DNA of 64,000 nt from a virus, in IMG/VR virus record IMGVR_UViG_3300046787_000327, positions 48,952 to 112,951 of that record. One strand, written 5' to 3'. A program made the position numbers and the translations under genes. Below the pieces are notes generated by a model. It worked only from the letters and a program-made list of their open reading frames with translations. It ran no database searches and was not told the origin of the DNA. The first letter of the stretch is position 1, and the number at the start of each line of letters is the position of its first letter. Shown here one piece after another: positions 38,512 through 47,417 of this stretch.

Positions 38512-38700
38512 ATGGCATTATATGAATACAAGTGTACTGGTTCTTGCGAGGGTATTATCCCAATCAAAAGGCCTATGGCAGATGATGATCCAGGGTATAA
38601 CTGTGAGACTTGCAATCTACCTCTAACTCGTGTATACTCAGATGTAGGAGCAGTTTTCACTGGGAGTGGCTTTTATAGCACCGATAATAGAAAGAAGTAG
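38512..38700 (+). CDS. FmdB-family zinc ribbon protein
   Basis: YEYKC...CETC...FTGSGFYSTD. Confidence 0.85.
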   Translation: MALYEYKCTGSCEGIIPIKRPMADDDPGYNCETCNLPLTRVYSDVGAVFTGSGFYSTDNRKK

Positions 38701-38708
38701 AGTATACT

Positions 38709-38975
38709 ATGAGTACAATGACCAATACAGTAAAAGTTGTAGATGCAGCAGAGTACCGACTAGGAGCACAAGACCGCTGTGACGCAGCGTGTTCAGCAGA
38801 GGCTTTGGTTCAAGTTACTGGTCTTGATGGAGACCTAATGTTCTGTGGACACCACTACAACAAGATCATGTCTATTCCAGATGCTAAGAATAATATGATG
38901 AAGTTTGCCATTACAATTCGTGATGAGCGTGATAAGTTAATTGAAAACAAGTTAAAGGATGAAAACTATGTATGA
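38709..38975 (+). CDS. Actinobacterial-type small Cys/His protein
   Basis: DRCDA.C...LMFCGHH...DER. Confidence 0.65.
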   Translation: MSTMTNTVKVVDAAEYRLGAQDRCDAACSAEALVQVTGLDGDLMFCGHHYNKIMSIPDAKNNMMKFAITIRDERDKLIENKLKDENYV

Positions 38976-39375
38976 GTATTATGTTAGAAAAGTAGAGAAT
39001 GTTGTTGATGGAGATACCATCGATGTTCTTATTGATTTAGGGTTTGATATCCTCTTTGCATCTCGTGTAAGATTGGCTGGTATTGATACCCCTGAGTCTC
39101 GCACAAAGGATCTTGCTGAGAAGGCTCTTGGTCTAGAAGCAAAAGATTACCTAAAGAAGGCTCTTAAGGATGCAAAGTCTGTTGTCATTAAGACTGAGAA
39201 GATGGACTCATCTGAGAAGTATGGTCGCATTTTGGGCTGGGTATATATTAATGGAGATACAGTATCTCTCAATGACATGATGATCAATGATGGTTATGCA
39301 TGGGGATATCTAGGCGATACCAAGGTTAAGGACTTCGATGCACTTGCAAAGGCTAGAAAGAAGTCTGGCAAATGA
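38968..39375 (+). CDS. Thermonuclease (SNase-like)
   Basis: VVDGDTI, VRLAGIDTPE, KYGRIL. Confidence 0.9.
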   Translation: MYEYYVRKVENVVDGDTIDVLIDLGFDILFASRVRLAGIDTPESRTKDLAEKALGLEAKDYLKKALKDAKSVVIKTEKMDSSEKYGRILGWVYINGDTVSLNDMMINDGYAWGYLGDTKVKDFDALAKARKKSGK

Positions 39376-39623
39376 GTCATGTCCTATACTTTACTGCTGA
39401 GTGGTGTAACCCATGTCAGCGAACAAGGCCTGTTGCAGAAGAGTTGAAGAGAGATGGAGTCATCGACTTCATGTTTATTGATGCTGACACAGAAGTAGAA
39501 CTTCTTACAAAGTTTGGGGTTAAGTCAATCCCAACATACATTCTTCTTGAAGATGGAAGAGAAGTTAAACGCATGAATGGTGCAAAAACAAAACAAGATT
39601 TCTTAGACTTTATTGGAGAATAA
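39372..39623 (+). CDS. Thioredoxin
   Basis: FTAEWCNPC, SIPT. Confidence 0.9.
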   Translation: MSHVLYFTAEWCNPCQRTRPVAEELKRDGVIDFMFIDADTEVELLTKFGVKSIPTYILLEDGREVKRMNGAKTKQDFLDFIGE

Positions 39624-39844
39624 TGAATCCAAAATCAGATGCCATGATTGAGCATCTAATTAATCAGGGTGCAGTGGAAATATTTGATATTGATCACGAC
39701 GGCCATATGCTATACAAGATAACAGATAGACTTAAAGAAGTAAGTCCAGAAATGTATGAAAACTTACGAGATCAATATGAAGATCATCTGTTTAGGCTTG
39801 TAGAGCAGGGACCTACGACTATGACTTGGAGACTTAATGGATGA
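39623..39844 (+). CDS. Hypothetical protein, paralogue of the next gene
   Basis: IEHLINQGAVE...GHMLYKITDRLKEVSPE. Confidence 0.6.
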   Translation: MNPKSDAMIEHLINQGAVEIFDIDHDGHMLYKITDRLKEVSPEMYENLRDQYEDHLFRLVEQGPTTMTWRLNG

Positions 39845-40169
39845 CGATCAGATAATCGAAGATCTTATTCTTAGTGGTGCATTAGAGTTTGCTGGATTAG
39901 ATATTGATTCTGGTGAGATGCTGTATAACTTTACCGAAAAGTTAAAGGATATTAATCCAGAATTGCACAATGAATTCTCCACATATTTCTATTCAGAGGT
40001 TTCAGAACTATGGGCCTCTGGATTTTTGGATATGTACTTTACAGAAGATAATCCAAAGGTTACTCTTACTGCAAAAGCACTCGATCCAGATGAGGTTGCA
40101 AAGTTAGATAAAGAAAAGCAGTACACACTGAAAGAAATAGTACGAATAATTATGAAAGATGGAAAGTAG
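39837..40169 (+). CDS. Hypothetical protein
   Basis: IEDLILSGALE...GEMLYNFTEKLKDINPE. Confidence 0.65.
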   Translation: MDDDQIIEDLILSGALEFAGLDIDSGEMLYNFTEKLKDINPELHNEFSTYFYSEVSELWASGFLDMYFTEDNPKVTLTAKALDPDEVAKLDKEKQYTLKEIVRIIMKDGK

Positions 40170-40177
40170 GAGGCGTA

Positions 40178-40603
40178 ATGGAATTCTTATTGGGGTCAGT
40201 TGTAACCACAATAATCCTTTATGCTGCCATGAAGTATTTTGAAAAACTATACCTTGTTGTAACAAAAGATAATAAGTATAAGTTTAATCAAAGTTCCTTG
40301 CATGAACTGGTTAAACCATTACTTCCAGAAGATCTTTTTATTCCAGAAAGAAAAATAACACAGTCATTTTTGCATGAACAAAAAACAAACATGCGTGTTA
40401 TTATTTTGGATGGATTTGCTTATTGGATTAAAGACAATACATTTTATAGGTCTGAGATGGATGGCTTTGATATTAGAAAAGACTCAGCAGAAGTAGTTGA
40501 CATAATGGGTTTGAATAAGGTACAATTAGATAAGATGATTTTTATTATAGATAAACTAAGGGAAGGATTACCCAATGATAGTTGGAGTACAGGGAACGAG
40601 TAA
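40178..40603 (+). CDS. Membrane-anchored hypothetical protein
   Basis: N-terminal TM helix; AGGAGG SD. Confidence 0.6.
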   Translation: MEFLLGSVVTTIILYAAMKYFEKLYLVVTKDNKYKFNQSSLHELVKPLLPEDLFIPERKITQSFLHEQKTNMRVIILDGFAYWIKDNTFYRSEMDGFDIRKDSAEVVDIMGLNKVQLDKMIFIIDKLREGLPNDSWSTGNE

Positions 40604-40925
40604 TTTTTCCGACTACAAAGTTTTTCTTCGTAGCATGGCAGTTGCAATGTCAATGCTTACTGAAGAAGATTTAGAGTTTGAGATCTATTCTGCAGGTCCA
40701 GGAAATATCAATGATATGGTTTCTGAGTTTACAAACCTATCAGAGCGAGGACTAAAGGCTCGTGGAAAGAAGATTAAGTTTCACAAAGTTGCTCCAACAT
40801 GGATCAGCGATAACATCAAGTCATTTAGATATATCGTTTACTTGGCAACACCAAGTGAGCAATCGTCTAAATTAGTTCTAGAAGCACAAGACAACAATGT
40901 CGAAGTGGGAATTTTCAAATACTAA
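40575..40925 (+). CDS. SLOG/YspA-like protein (tentative)
   Basis: MIVGVQGTSNFSDY start and Rossmannoid pattern. Confidence 0.45.
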   Translation: MIVGVQGTSNFSDYKVFLRSMAVAMSMLTEEDLEFEIYSAGPGNINDMVSEFTNLSERGLKARGKKIKFHKVAPTWISDNIKSFRYIVYLATPSEQSSKLVLEAQDNNVEVGIFKY

Positions 40926-40935
40926 GGAGTATGAA

Positions 40936-41145
40936 ATGGTAGTAACAACACTTGAAAAGATGGAAGAGATTGTTTCAAACAACAAGGCTCTCAGTTGGAA
41001 TGGCTGGACTGTAGTCCACTCATTTGTTTCAGACAAGGCACGAACATCAAAGTTTGGCGCACTCGTTGACGGTAAGTGGCAGATGCAAAAGGAATTCGTT
41101 CCAACAAACACTGGGTGGGAGATCCCAGACAAGTTTGTGAGGTAG
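40936..41145 (+). CDS. Hypothetical protein
   Basis: AAGGAG SD, ATG 40936. Confidence 0.6.
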   Translation: MVVTTLEKMEEIVSNNKALSWNGWTVVHSFVSDKARTSKFGALVDGKWQMQKEFVPTNTGWEIPDKFVR

Positions 41146-41148
41146 CCA

Positions 41149-41430
41149 ATGAAGCACGATTGGAAAGACCAGGCTTTGTGTTTAGATTATGACACAAATC
41201 TGTTCTTTGATAAGTATGAAGAAGATGAGTTACTAAGACCAGCAATTGATAAGTTCTGCTCTGGATGTCCAGTAGCAAAGACTTGTTTTGCAGTTGGTGT
41301 ATCTCAAAAAGAGTGGGGAATTTGGGGAGGAGTCTACCTAGAAGGTGGCGGTATCTCTAAAGAATTTAGTAAGCATAAGTCAAAGGCTGACTGGGCAACA
41401 ACCTGGCAGTATCTGACTATGGAGGTTTAG
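41149..41430 (+). CDS. whiB: WhiB-family Fe-S transcription regulator
   Basis: W..QALC...LFF...CSGCPVAKTC...WGIWGG. Confidence 0.92.
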   Translation: MKHDWKDQALCLDYDTNLFFDKYEEDELLRPAIDKFCSGCPVAKTCFAVGVSQKEWGIWGGVYLEGGGISKEFSKHKSKADWATTWQYLTMEV

Positions 41431-41431
41431 T

Positions 41432-41641
41432 ATGTGGTCATGGATATTAGCAGCAGTTGGGGTAACTGGAATCTTCCTAGTTGGTCGTAAGACTATCTGG
41501 GGATGGCTAATCCTATTGCTCAATGAATGTATCTGGATTGCATATGCTCTTGCGACTAAGCAATATGGCTTTATTGCAATGGCTACCGCATATTCTGCGG
41601 TATATATTAAATCTTTTATTCATTGGAAGAGAGACGAATAG
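41432..41641 (+). CDS. PnuC-like small membrane protein
   Basis: Three TM helices; GRKTIWGW...QYGF. Confidence 0.6.
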   Translation: MWSWILAAVGVTGIFLVGRKTIWGWLILLLNECIWIAYALATKQYGFIAMATAYSAVYIKSFIHWKRDE

Positions 41642-41880
41642 TGTATACAGAACAGAATAGAAGAGCATTTAGGGCTGTTGCACACTTTGCTCCACCTGGT
41701 TTTACTGTACAGATAGTTGATAACGATCACTTTTTGACAGTAAAGGCAAGTGAAAGAAGTTTTATGTCTCTGACTGGTGAGGATAAAATCCGAGCAGTTG
41801 AATATATGGTTAGAGTAAAGCAAGCGTTAGAAGATACTGGTGCAATTGTGTTACTAGTTCGTGAAGGTGGAGAAGAATAA
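41641..41880 (+). CDS. Hypothetical protein
   Basis: GTG start; coherent ORF in the operon. Confidence 0.6.
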   Translation: MYTEQNRRAFRAVAHFAPPGFTVQIVDNDHFLTVKASERSFMSLTGEDKIRAVEYMVRVKQALEDTGAIVLLVREGGEE

Positions 41881-41966
41881 TATGGAAAATAGTACTGAGA
41901 CTACATTCGACGATGAGTTTCCTCGTGATGGTGCCACTATCAAGGATATAAGATTGGAGATGACAG

Positions 41967-42365
41967 ATGATACTAACTATAACCTTAAGCGTACTGCTTA
42001 GTTTTTTTGTACTGCTATCTGCAGTAATGGGGTTTAGGCTTGTTACTCTACGTAATGATCTTGTAGAGTTTGAACTTCGTGCTGCACTTCTTGAGCAGGG
42101 TGTGAAGAAGGCCTTAGAGAATGCCCCTGCTATTGAAAATAGCGAAGGGTTTTTAAGGTTTGTTTCCGAGTCTCGTGACTGGGCATTTCAATATATTGAA
42201 GAGGTCCAGGCTGTATTGCAGGAGTTTGCAGAAGATATTGAGCCAGAGATAGCATATTTCAAGGAGTATGGAGATATTTCTTCTATGTCGCCCAACTACT
42301 ACTCTATGAAAAAGATTGCAGCATCCTACGATAAACTAAAAGAAGTGTTGCCAAAGGAGAAGTAG
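41967..42365 (+). CDS. Membrane-anchored hypothetical protein
   Basis: N-terminal TM; SRDWAFQYIE motif. Confidence 0.6.
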   Translation: MILTITLSVLLSFFVLLSAVMGFRLVTLRNDLVEFELRAALLEQGVKKALENAPAIENSEGFLRFVSESRDWAFQYIEEVQAVLQEFAEDIEPEIAYFKEYGDISSMSPNYYSMKKIAASYDKLKEVLPKEK

Positions 42366-42366
42366 C

Positions 42367-43197
42367 ATGGACTTTTATTATTTTGGTGGATTTATTGGTG
42401 ATCAACAGGTTCAGCATATTGAAGATCATCATTTTGCAGGAATATTGTTTACCTATGATATCCGCCAAGGTGATTTTTTTACCAGAGTGGCAAGAGATAT
42501 AGATCTTAGCAAAAAGATCAAATATATGGTGGCTATCAGACCATATGTCATATCTCCACAGTACCTGTCAATGATATCTCAGTCAATGCATGACATAATG
42601 CCAAATAGATTACAGATAAATCTTATATCTGGACACATAAAGCCTCATGAAAAAGAGGTTGGCGGTGTTTTAGGAAACCTAAACGATTCATCTTCTCATA
42701 TTGATAAGTCTAATTATCTAATTGAATATATTGAATGCCTAGACAAACTAAAAAACTCTATTCAAAAAACTGCAGTACCAGATTATTATGTTTCAACTAC
42801 TAATCAATACGTATTTGATGCAGCATCTAAATTGAATAATAAAATGATTATTCAGTATGCAGAATATAACCAGGGGTGTTGGACTAACTATGAGAACTAC
42901 CAAACTAACAATCAGATAGTGACTATGGGTGAAAAAATTGATGTTAAAGGTAAAGACATAATGATATCTATTGCTCCTATTTTAAGAAAAACACAAGAAG
43001 AGATTGATTCATTAGAAAAATCAAAGCATACAACAGACACTGCTTATTTTACCTATGATGAGTTTGAGGCAAGAATCGAAGAAATAAAGAAAGATGGCAT
43101 AAATCAATTAATGTTTATCTCTTGGCCAACGGAAGAGAGAGAATATGTAATGGATTTTGTGAAACAATATAAAGAAAAGGAATTGGCTATTCTATAG
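42367..43197 (+). CDS. Luciferase-like (LLM) flavin-dependent oxidoreductase
   Basis: KYMVAIRPYVISP...NRLQINLISG, SsuD-like. Confidence 0.7.
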   Translation: MDFYYFGGFIGDQQVQHIEDHHFAGILFTYDIRQGDFFTRVARDIDLSKKIKYMVAIRPYVISPQYLSMISQSMHDIMPNRLQINLISGHIKPHEKEVGGVLGNLNDSSSHIDKSNYLIEYIECLDKLKNSIQKTAVPDYYVSTTNQYVFDAASKLNNKMIIQYAEYNQGCWTNYENYQTNNQIVTMGEKIDVKGKDIMISIAPILRKTQEEIDSLEKSKHTTDTAYFTYDEFEARIEEIKKDGINQLMFISWPTEEREYVMDFVKQYKEKELAIL

Positions 43198-43242
43198 TCA
43201 TTATGCTATATTAATGTAGCATTATTTACACTAGGAGAAAAA

Positions 43243-43539
43243 ATGAACAGCACACAACTAAAGGCACTGCTTGCATCATACGGACGATCAGTTCTTGCAG
43301 CAGCGACAACACTGTACATGGCAGGGGTAACAGATCCAAAGGATCTTGCATACTCATTGGCTGGAGCACTTATTCCAGTAGTACTTCGCTATGCAAACCC
43401 TAATGATAAGGCGTTTGGTCGTCTTCCAGAGGTTGCAGAAGTGGAACTAGCACTCAAGACAGTAAAGCCAGTAAAGGCACCTGTTAAGAAGGCTGCTGTC
43501 AAGAAGACAGTTGCAAAGAAGTCAGCACCAAAGAAGTAG
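43243..43539 (+). CDS. Holin-like membrane protein with a basic AKK-rich tail
   Basis: ASYGRSVLAA...NPNDKAFGR; KKAAVKK tail. Confidence 0.55.
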   Translation: MNSTQLKALLASYGRSVLAAATTLYMAGVTDPKDLAYSLAGALIPVVLRYANPNDKAFGRLPEVAEVELALKTVKPVKAPVKKAAVKKTVAKKSAPKK

Positions 43540-43550
43540 TATAATTAAAT

Positions 43551-43637
43551 CCTATACACCCAGACACCTGGGCAGTGTAGGTAACACAAGGGTCGCTACC
43601 CCTTGGATGGTGTCCTGAGCATGACCATAAACTGCTC
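43551..43637 (+). ncRNA. Candidate small RNA: two hairpins + pseudoknot motif copy 2 (43612-43637)
   Basis: TATAAT at 43540; CCTATAC/GTGTAGG + CCCAG/CTGGG; CAAGGG/CCCTTG; GTC-CTGAGCAT-GAC-CATAAAC-TGCTC. Confidence 0.6.
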
Positions 43638-43663
43638 GCTATTAGTTCTGGTATAATTAAAAT

Positions 43664-43837
43664 ATGACACGACAAAGCCACGAATACAAAGAAGAAGATG
43701 CTGCAGTTGATCTTCTCATCCACACGAAATCCCCAACTAAGTGGCTGCTTATTGATAGAGAAACTGGTCAAGTTTACCAGGGTAATGTCAATGGGTACTG
43801 GGATAGGCTAGACCCAGTTTCTAAAGACATGATATAA
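43664..43837 (+). CDS. Hypothetical protein, leaderless (not in ORF track)
   Basis: 57 aa MTRQSHEY...TKSPTKWLLIDRETGQVY; TGGTATAAT just upstream. Confidence 0.65.
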   Translation: MTRQSHEYKEEDAAVDLLIHTKSPTKWLLIDRETGQVYQGNVNGYWDRLDPVSKDMI

Positions 43838-43844
43838 TGTTTGC

Positions 43845-44117
43845 ATGACAATCCACTTAAACCCATACCTCAGTTCATCAGAGGCAACAAGAATTTCTCC
43901 AAACGGAGTGCACTCAGGTGTAGATATTACAGTTCAAAATCTAAGCGACACAGCGTATGTCTACATTGGTGCAGATGATGTTAATCCAGAAAGTTTTGGA
44001 TACCGCCTTTCTCCAGGAGCAGCATGGTCTGTTGAACTACCTGGTACAGACTCTCTTTATGCAATTGCAGAGGAACCTACATATATCGCAGTATTGCAGA
44101 CTGGACTTGAGAACTAA
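43845..44117 (+). CDS. Small beta-sandwich protein, probably virion-associated
   Basis: ITVQN...VYIG...GYRL.PG...LYAIA; coupled to the fibre gene. Confidence 0.55.
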   Translation: MTIHLNPYLSSSEATRISPNGVHSGVDITVQNLSDTAYVYIGADDVNPESFGYRLSPGAAWSVELPGTDSLYAIAEEPTYIAVLQTGLEN

Positions 44118-46573
44118 TGGCACGGTTTACTGGAGCAGAGGGCAGTAACAATGGTGGAGCAGCACTCAACTATGTCCAAGTAGTTGGCACACAGCAGACA
44201 ATCTCATCTGCACCTAATTCAATTGTCGATCTTAATATTACAACAACAGGTAAGCCTGTACAAATTTCCGTAACTGGTGAAGGTGCTAATGCAAATGCTG
44301 GTTCTTGGTTAAGACTTAATTTATTCCGTGACGATGTTGAAATCGGAAATGCTATTCAGATGGAGTCATCTGCAGCATCTGAAAATGTTCCATTTGCAAT
44401 TAACTTTATTGACGATGTTCAGGCAGGTACATACAACTACTCTGCTCGTGTTACAACACTTGCTGGAGGCAACTGGACATTTGGCGAGGCTGCTGGTCCT
44501 GTTATGAATGCCGTTGAACTTACAGGATTTAAGGGTGATCGTGGTCTTAGAGGACTTACTGGTGATCAAGGTCCACAAGGTGAGCCTGGTCCTGCAGGAT
44601 CTGGTGGTGGAGATTTAGTTATTCCAACAGCAATCAAGGATGAAAACGATTCTGACTTTATTACTTTTACAAGAACAAATACTGGAACTGCCCGTATTGA
44701 TGCACCACAGGATGACCTCTCACTTCGTTCTGCTGCAGACATCACTCTTTATGCTGGAACAGATGGACCAGGAAACGTTTATATTGGTTGGGGAGATGCA
44801 GAGTATACTCCTGACTCACCAAACCGTGTAGCAACTATTGGAGATATTCAGGCAGAATCAAATCATGGAGATTTCTATTTTGATGCAACAACACTAAAGG
44901 TAGATTCTTCAAATGATATGGTTTTAGAAGCAAACGAAGGTGATGGAACTATTGCTGCACAGATAAAAGTTGGTGCTGGATATGTTCCAATTGATATCGC
45001 TGCCTATGAAGTACAGGAAAATTCATTTAATACTGGAGATTGGTCTGCAGCCGAATGGCAGCAAGATGGTTATGGTGCAGGACTGATTGCTTTAACTGGT
45101 ATGACAAACTTGGAACAATATCTTAATAACTTTAATGGGGATTTTCAAAAGATTCTTATAAATAACTCTACACTAGTTGTTTATAACGGCGCAAGTTATG
45201 GTGGCGGAAATGCAACTATCTATGTTTCTGAAGCACCAATAGAAACAACAGCAGTTAACGATTTAACTTTTATTCAGTCCCTTCGTTCTGGCTTAAGAAT
45301 TGATCTAGATGATTCACAAATGGATCTCAATGCCCCTAACATGGACCTAGGTCTTTATGCAGGAGATGATCTAGACATTAGTGCTGGAGATGACATTAGA
45401 TTCTATTCTAACAACAATAATAACAGTTATCAGTGGAGAATGACTTCAGACGGAATGTTTGAACTTCCAGGTGATGGATATATTTCAAATCCTTCACAGT
45501 CTTCTGGCGATGGATATAATAATGACACAATTCATATTGTTCCAGATAGCGATTTAAATTCAGATCAGTACTTAATTATTGATCCAACCGCTCCAAACCA
45601 TATTCATATTCGTGCAGGTGGAACACAAGATTCTTCCAATGCTGATTTAATTATTGGCGGGGAACTGACCAATGTAAGAGTATCTGATGGAGACAGAAAT
45701 GTAACTATTAGTTCAAAGCCACTTCCACAGTCAATGGCTCATCTAAATGTTAATGCTGTACCAGGAGATAATTTTATAACAAACGATGTTGTAACTGCTA
45801 CTCCAGGATGGACAGTAGAAGTAGATGGTATTTCATACCAAATCTCTGATGTTTATTATGACAATCCTTCACCAGGACAGACTACCATGGTTGCTCCAGG
45901 TGCAATTTTTATTTATGAAGGAGTTTACAATGTGTTTGCTCCACAATCTACACTTCAGTGGGAATTTGATTACAATGGAACTCTATATGGTCCAGCAGGA
46001 GGTTATGTAACTGTTGCAGGAATTACAGGAGAGCCAGGGGATAACATATTTAATGTTGTTGCAGATCAAAATCTTGTATTGCAAAATGGTGAAGGCTATG
46101 GAGCATATCTAAATGACTCTAACAGTGGTTTAAACCAGATTGCAACAATTGGAGATTTAAACAACATTTATTCAGGCGAGGTGTCATTTACTGTTAATGG
46201 TGGCTCTCTCGGAACAATGCCAACATTTAATGGTGCCCCACTATTTAGCGGTACATATGTAAAGACAGGACCAATGGTACACTTCCAGATCCAAGTAGAT
46301 ATGGATAACATTACTAACTTTGGTACTGGACAATACTATGTTGATCTACCGTTCGATGCTAAGTATGCTTACCAAGTAAGAGAAGGCTGCCTGCATGATA
46401 TTTCAACAAGCAATCAGTTTGCTATTGGTGGCCATGTTGCAGCAGGAACTAATAGATTATTACTAACATACACTGGTTCTAATGGACAAGATGAGGTTTT
46501 TGATCATGACAGTCCAGTAAACCTAAATGTTGCAGATAACTTCCATGTTTCTGGTACCTACATTTCTCAGTAG
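44117..46573 (+). CDS. Collagen-repeat fibre / appendage protein
   Basis: GFKGDRGLRGLTGDQGPQGEPGPAG; acidic, beta-rich; C-terminal GTYVKTGPMVHF tail-fibre-like domain. Confidence 0.7.
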   Translation: MARFTGAEGSNNGGAALNYVQVVGTQQTISSAPNSIVDLNITTTGKPVQISVTGEGANANAGSWLRLNLFRDDVEIGNAIQMESSAASENVPFAINFIDDVQAGTYNYSARVTTLAGGNWTFGEAAGPVMNAVELTGFKGDRGLRGLTGDQGPQGEPGPAGSGGGDLVIPTAIKDENDSDFITFTRTNTGTARIDAPQDDLSLRSAADITLYAGTDGPGNVYIGWGDAEYTPDSPNRVATIGDIQAESNHGDFYFDATTLKVDSSNDMVLEANEGDGTIAAQIKVGAGYVPIDIAAYEVQENSFNTGDWSAAEWQQDGYGAGLIALTGMTNLEQYLNNFNGDFQKILINNSTLVVYNGASYGGGNATIYVSEAPIETTAVNDLTFIQSLRSGLRIDLDDSQMDLNAPNMDLGLYAGDDLDISAGDDIRFYSNNNNNSYQWRMTSDGMFELPGDGYISNPSQSSGDGYNNDTIHIVPDSDLNSDQYLIIDPTAPNHIHIRAGGTQDSSNADLIIGGELTNVRVSDGDRNVTISSKPLPQSMAHLNVNAVPGDNFITNDVVTATPGWTVEVDGISYQISDVYYDNPSPGQTTMVAPGAIFIYEGVYNVFAPQSTLQWEFDYNGTLYGPAGGYVTVAGITGEPGDNIFNVVADQNLVLQNGEGYGAYLNDSNSGLNQIATIGDLNNIYSGEVSFTVNGGSLGTMPTFNGAPLFSGTYVKTGPMVHFQIQVDMDNITNFGTGQYYVDLPFDAKYAYQVREGCLHDISTSNQFAIGGHVAAGTNRLLLTYTGSNGQDEVFDHDSPVNLNVADNFHVSGTYISQ

Positions 46574-46591
46574 TCTGGTATAATAAATAGT

Positions 46592-46924
46592 ATGACTACT
46601 GCACCTATTCCTGAAAATCCAATCATGCCTACTCAAACCTATGAGGGGTGTGAGTGTGAAACATGTGCAGAAAATAATACCTCTTGTGCTACCTGCCCTG
46701 ATTGTGGTGGTATGGATGCAGAAACAGAAATGGCTATGTATGATGCTTCTATTGGCAAGGCTGACCCCTGCTGGGAAGGCTATGTTCAAAGAGGGATGAA
46801 GCCAGGGGATAATGGACAGCCAGTCCCTAACTGTGTTCCAGTTGCTAAGTTAGATGAAATGTTTTCTAATTTTGGCAAGGATTATACAAGATCAACTACT
46901 AGTAACTATAGAATGGAAGATTAA
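46592..46924 (+). CDS. Cys-rich hypothetical protein
   Basis: CECETC..CATCPDC and PCWEGY...VPNCVP. Confidence 0.6.
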   Translation: MTTAPIPENPIMPTQTYEGCECETCAENNTSCATCPDCGGMDAETEMAMYDASIGKADPCWEGYVQRGMKPGDNGQPVPNCVPVAKLDEMFSNFGKDYTRSTTSNYRMED

Positions 46925-47052
46925 TGCCAAAGAAGAAGGCTGGATCATTTAACGACACTCAGATCAAAGATGGATGGATTGTAAAGATCCGCAAGGATGG
47001 CACTATAAAGGCCATTGTAGGCCCGTACGAGCCCAAACACCCTAACAAGTAG
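46924..47052 (+). CDS. Small basic protein (not in ORF track)
   Basis: 42 aa MPKKKAGSFNDTQIKDGWIVKIRKDGT...; coupled start. Confidence 0.55.
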   Translation: MPKKKAGSFNDTQIKDGWIVKIRKDGTIKAIVGPYEPKHPNK

Positions 47053-47058
47053 GGTAAG

Positions 47059-47133
47059 TGGTAGCCCCAACGGGAATCGAACCCGTCTTGCCAGATTGAA
47101 AATCTGGAGTCCTAACCGATAGACGATAGGGCC
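47059..47133 (-). tRNA. tRNA-Glu(TTC), CCA encoded
   Basis: Cloverleaf; anticodon arm CCAGA-TTTTCAA-TCTGG; GTTCGA T-loop. Confidence 0.93.
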
Positions 47134-47137
47134 TTAG

Positions 47138-47217
47138 TCCGTCATCTTGGAATCGAACCAAGCATGCTATCAGCGGGGGATTTACAGTCCCCTGTCCCAC
47201 CTTGGAACATATGACGG
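47138..47217 (-). tRNA. tRNA-Tyr(GTA)
   Basis: GGGGA-CTGTAAA-TCCCC; 13-nt variable region; acceptor CCGTCAT/ATGACGG. Confidence 0.88.
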
Positions 47218-47222
47218 AAAAG

Positions 47223-47305
47223 CGGAAATAATAGGATTCGAACCTATGGATCTTTCGATCTACGATTTAGCAAACCGTTGCATTCGGCCTCTCTGCCATA
47301 TTTCC
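47223..47305 (-). tRNA. tRNA-Ser(GCT)
   Basis: ACGGT-TTGCTAA-ATCGT; long variable arm; G73. Confidence 0.92.
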
Positions 47306-47310
47306 ATTTG

Positions 47311-47383
47311 CTGGGGATGCAGGCCTCGATCCTGCGACTTGCGAATTAACAGTTCGCCACTCTACCAACTGAGTTAATCCCCA
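47311..47383 (-). tRNA. tRNA-Asn(GTT)
   Basis: GCGAA-CTGTTAA-TTCGC; T-loop variant ATCGAGG. Confidence 0.9.
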
Positions 47384-47417
47384 TTGTATTAAAAGTATAT
47401 CATATTAAGTTGTTTTG

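Noticed and set aside
47147-47377. 76-aa plus-strand ORF
   Set aside because: It lies antisense across three tRNA genes.
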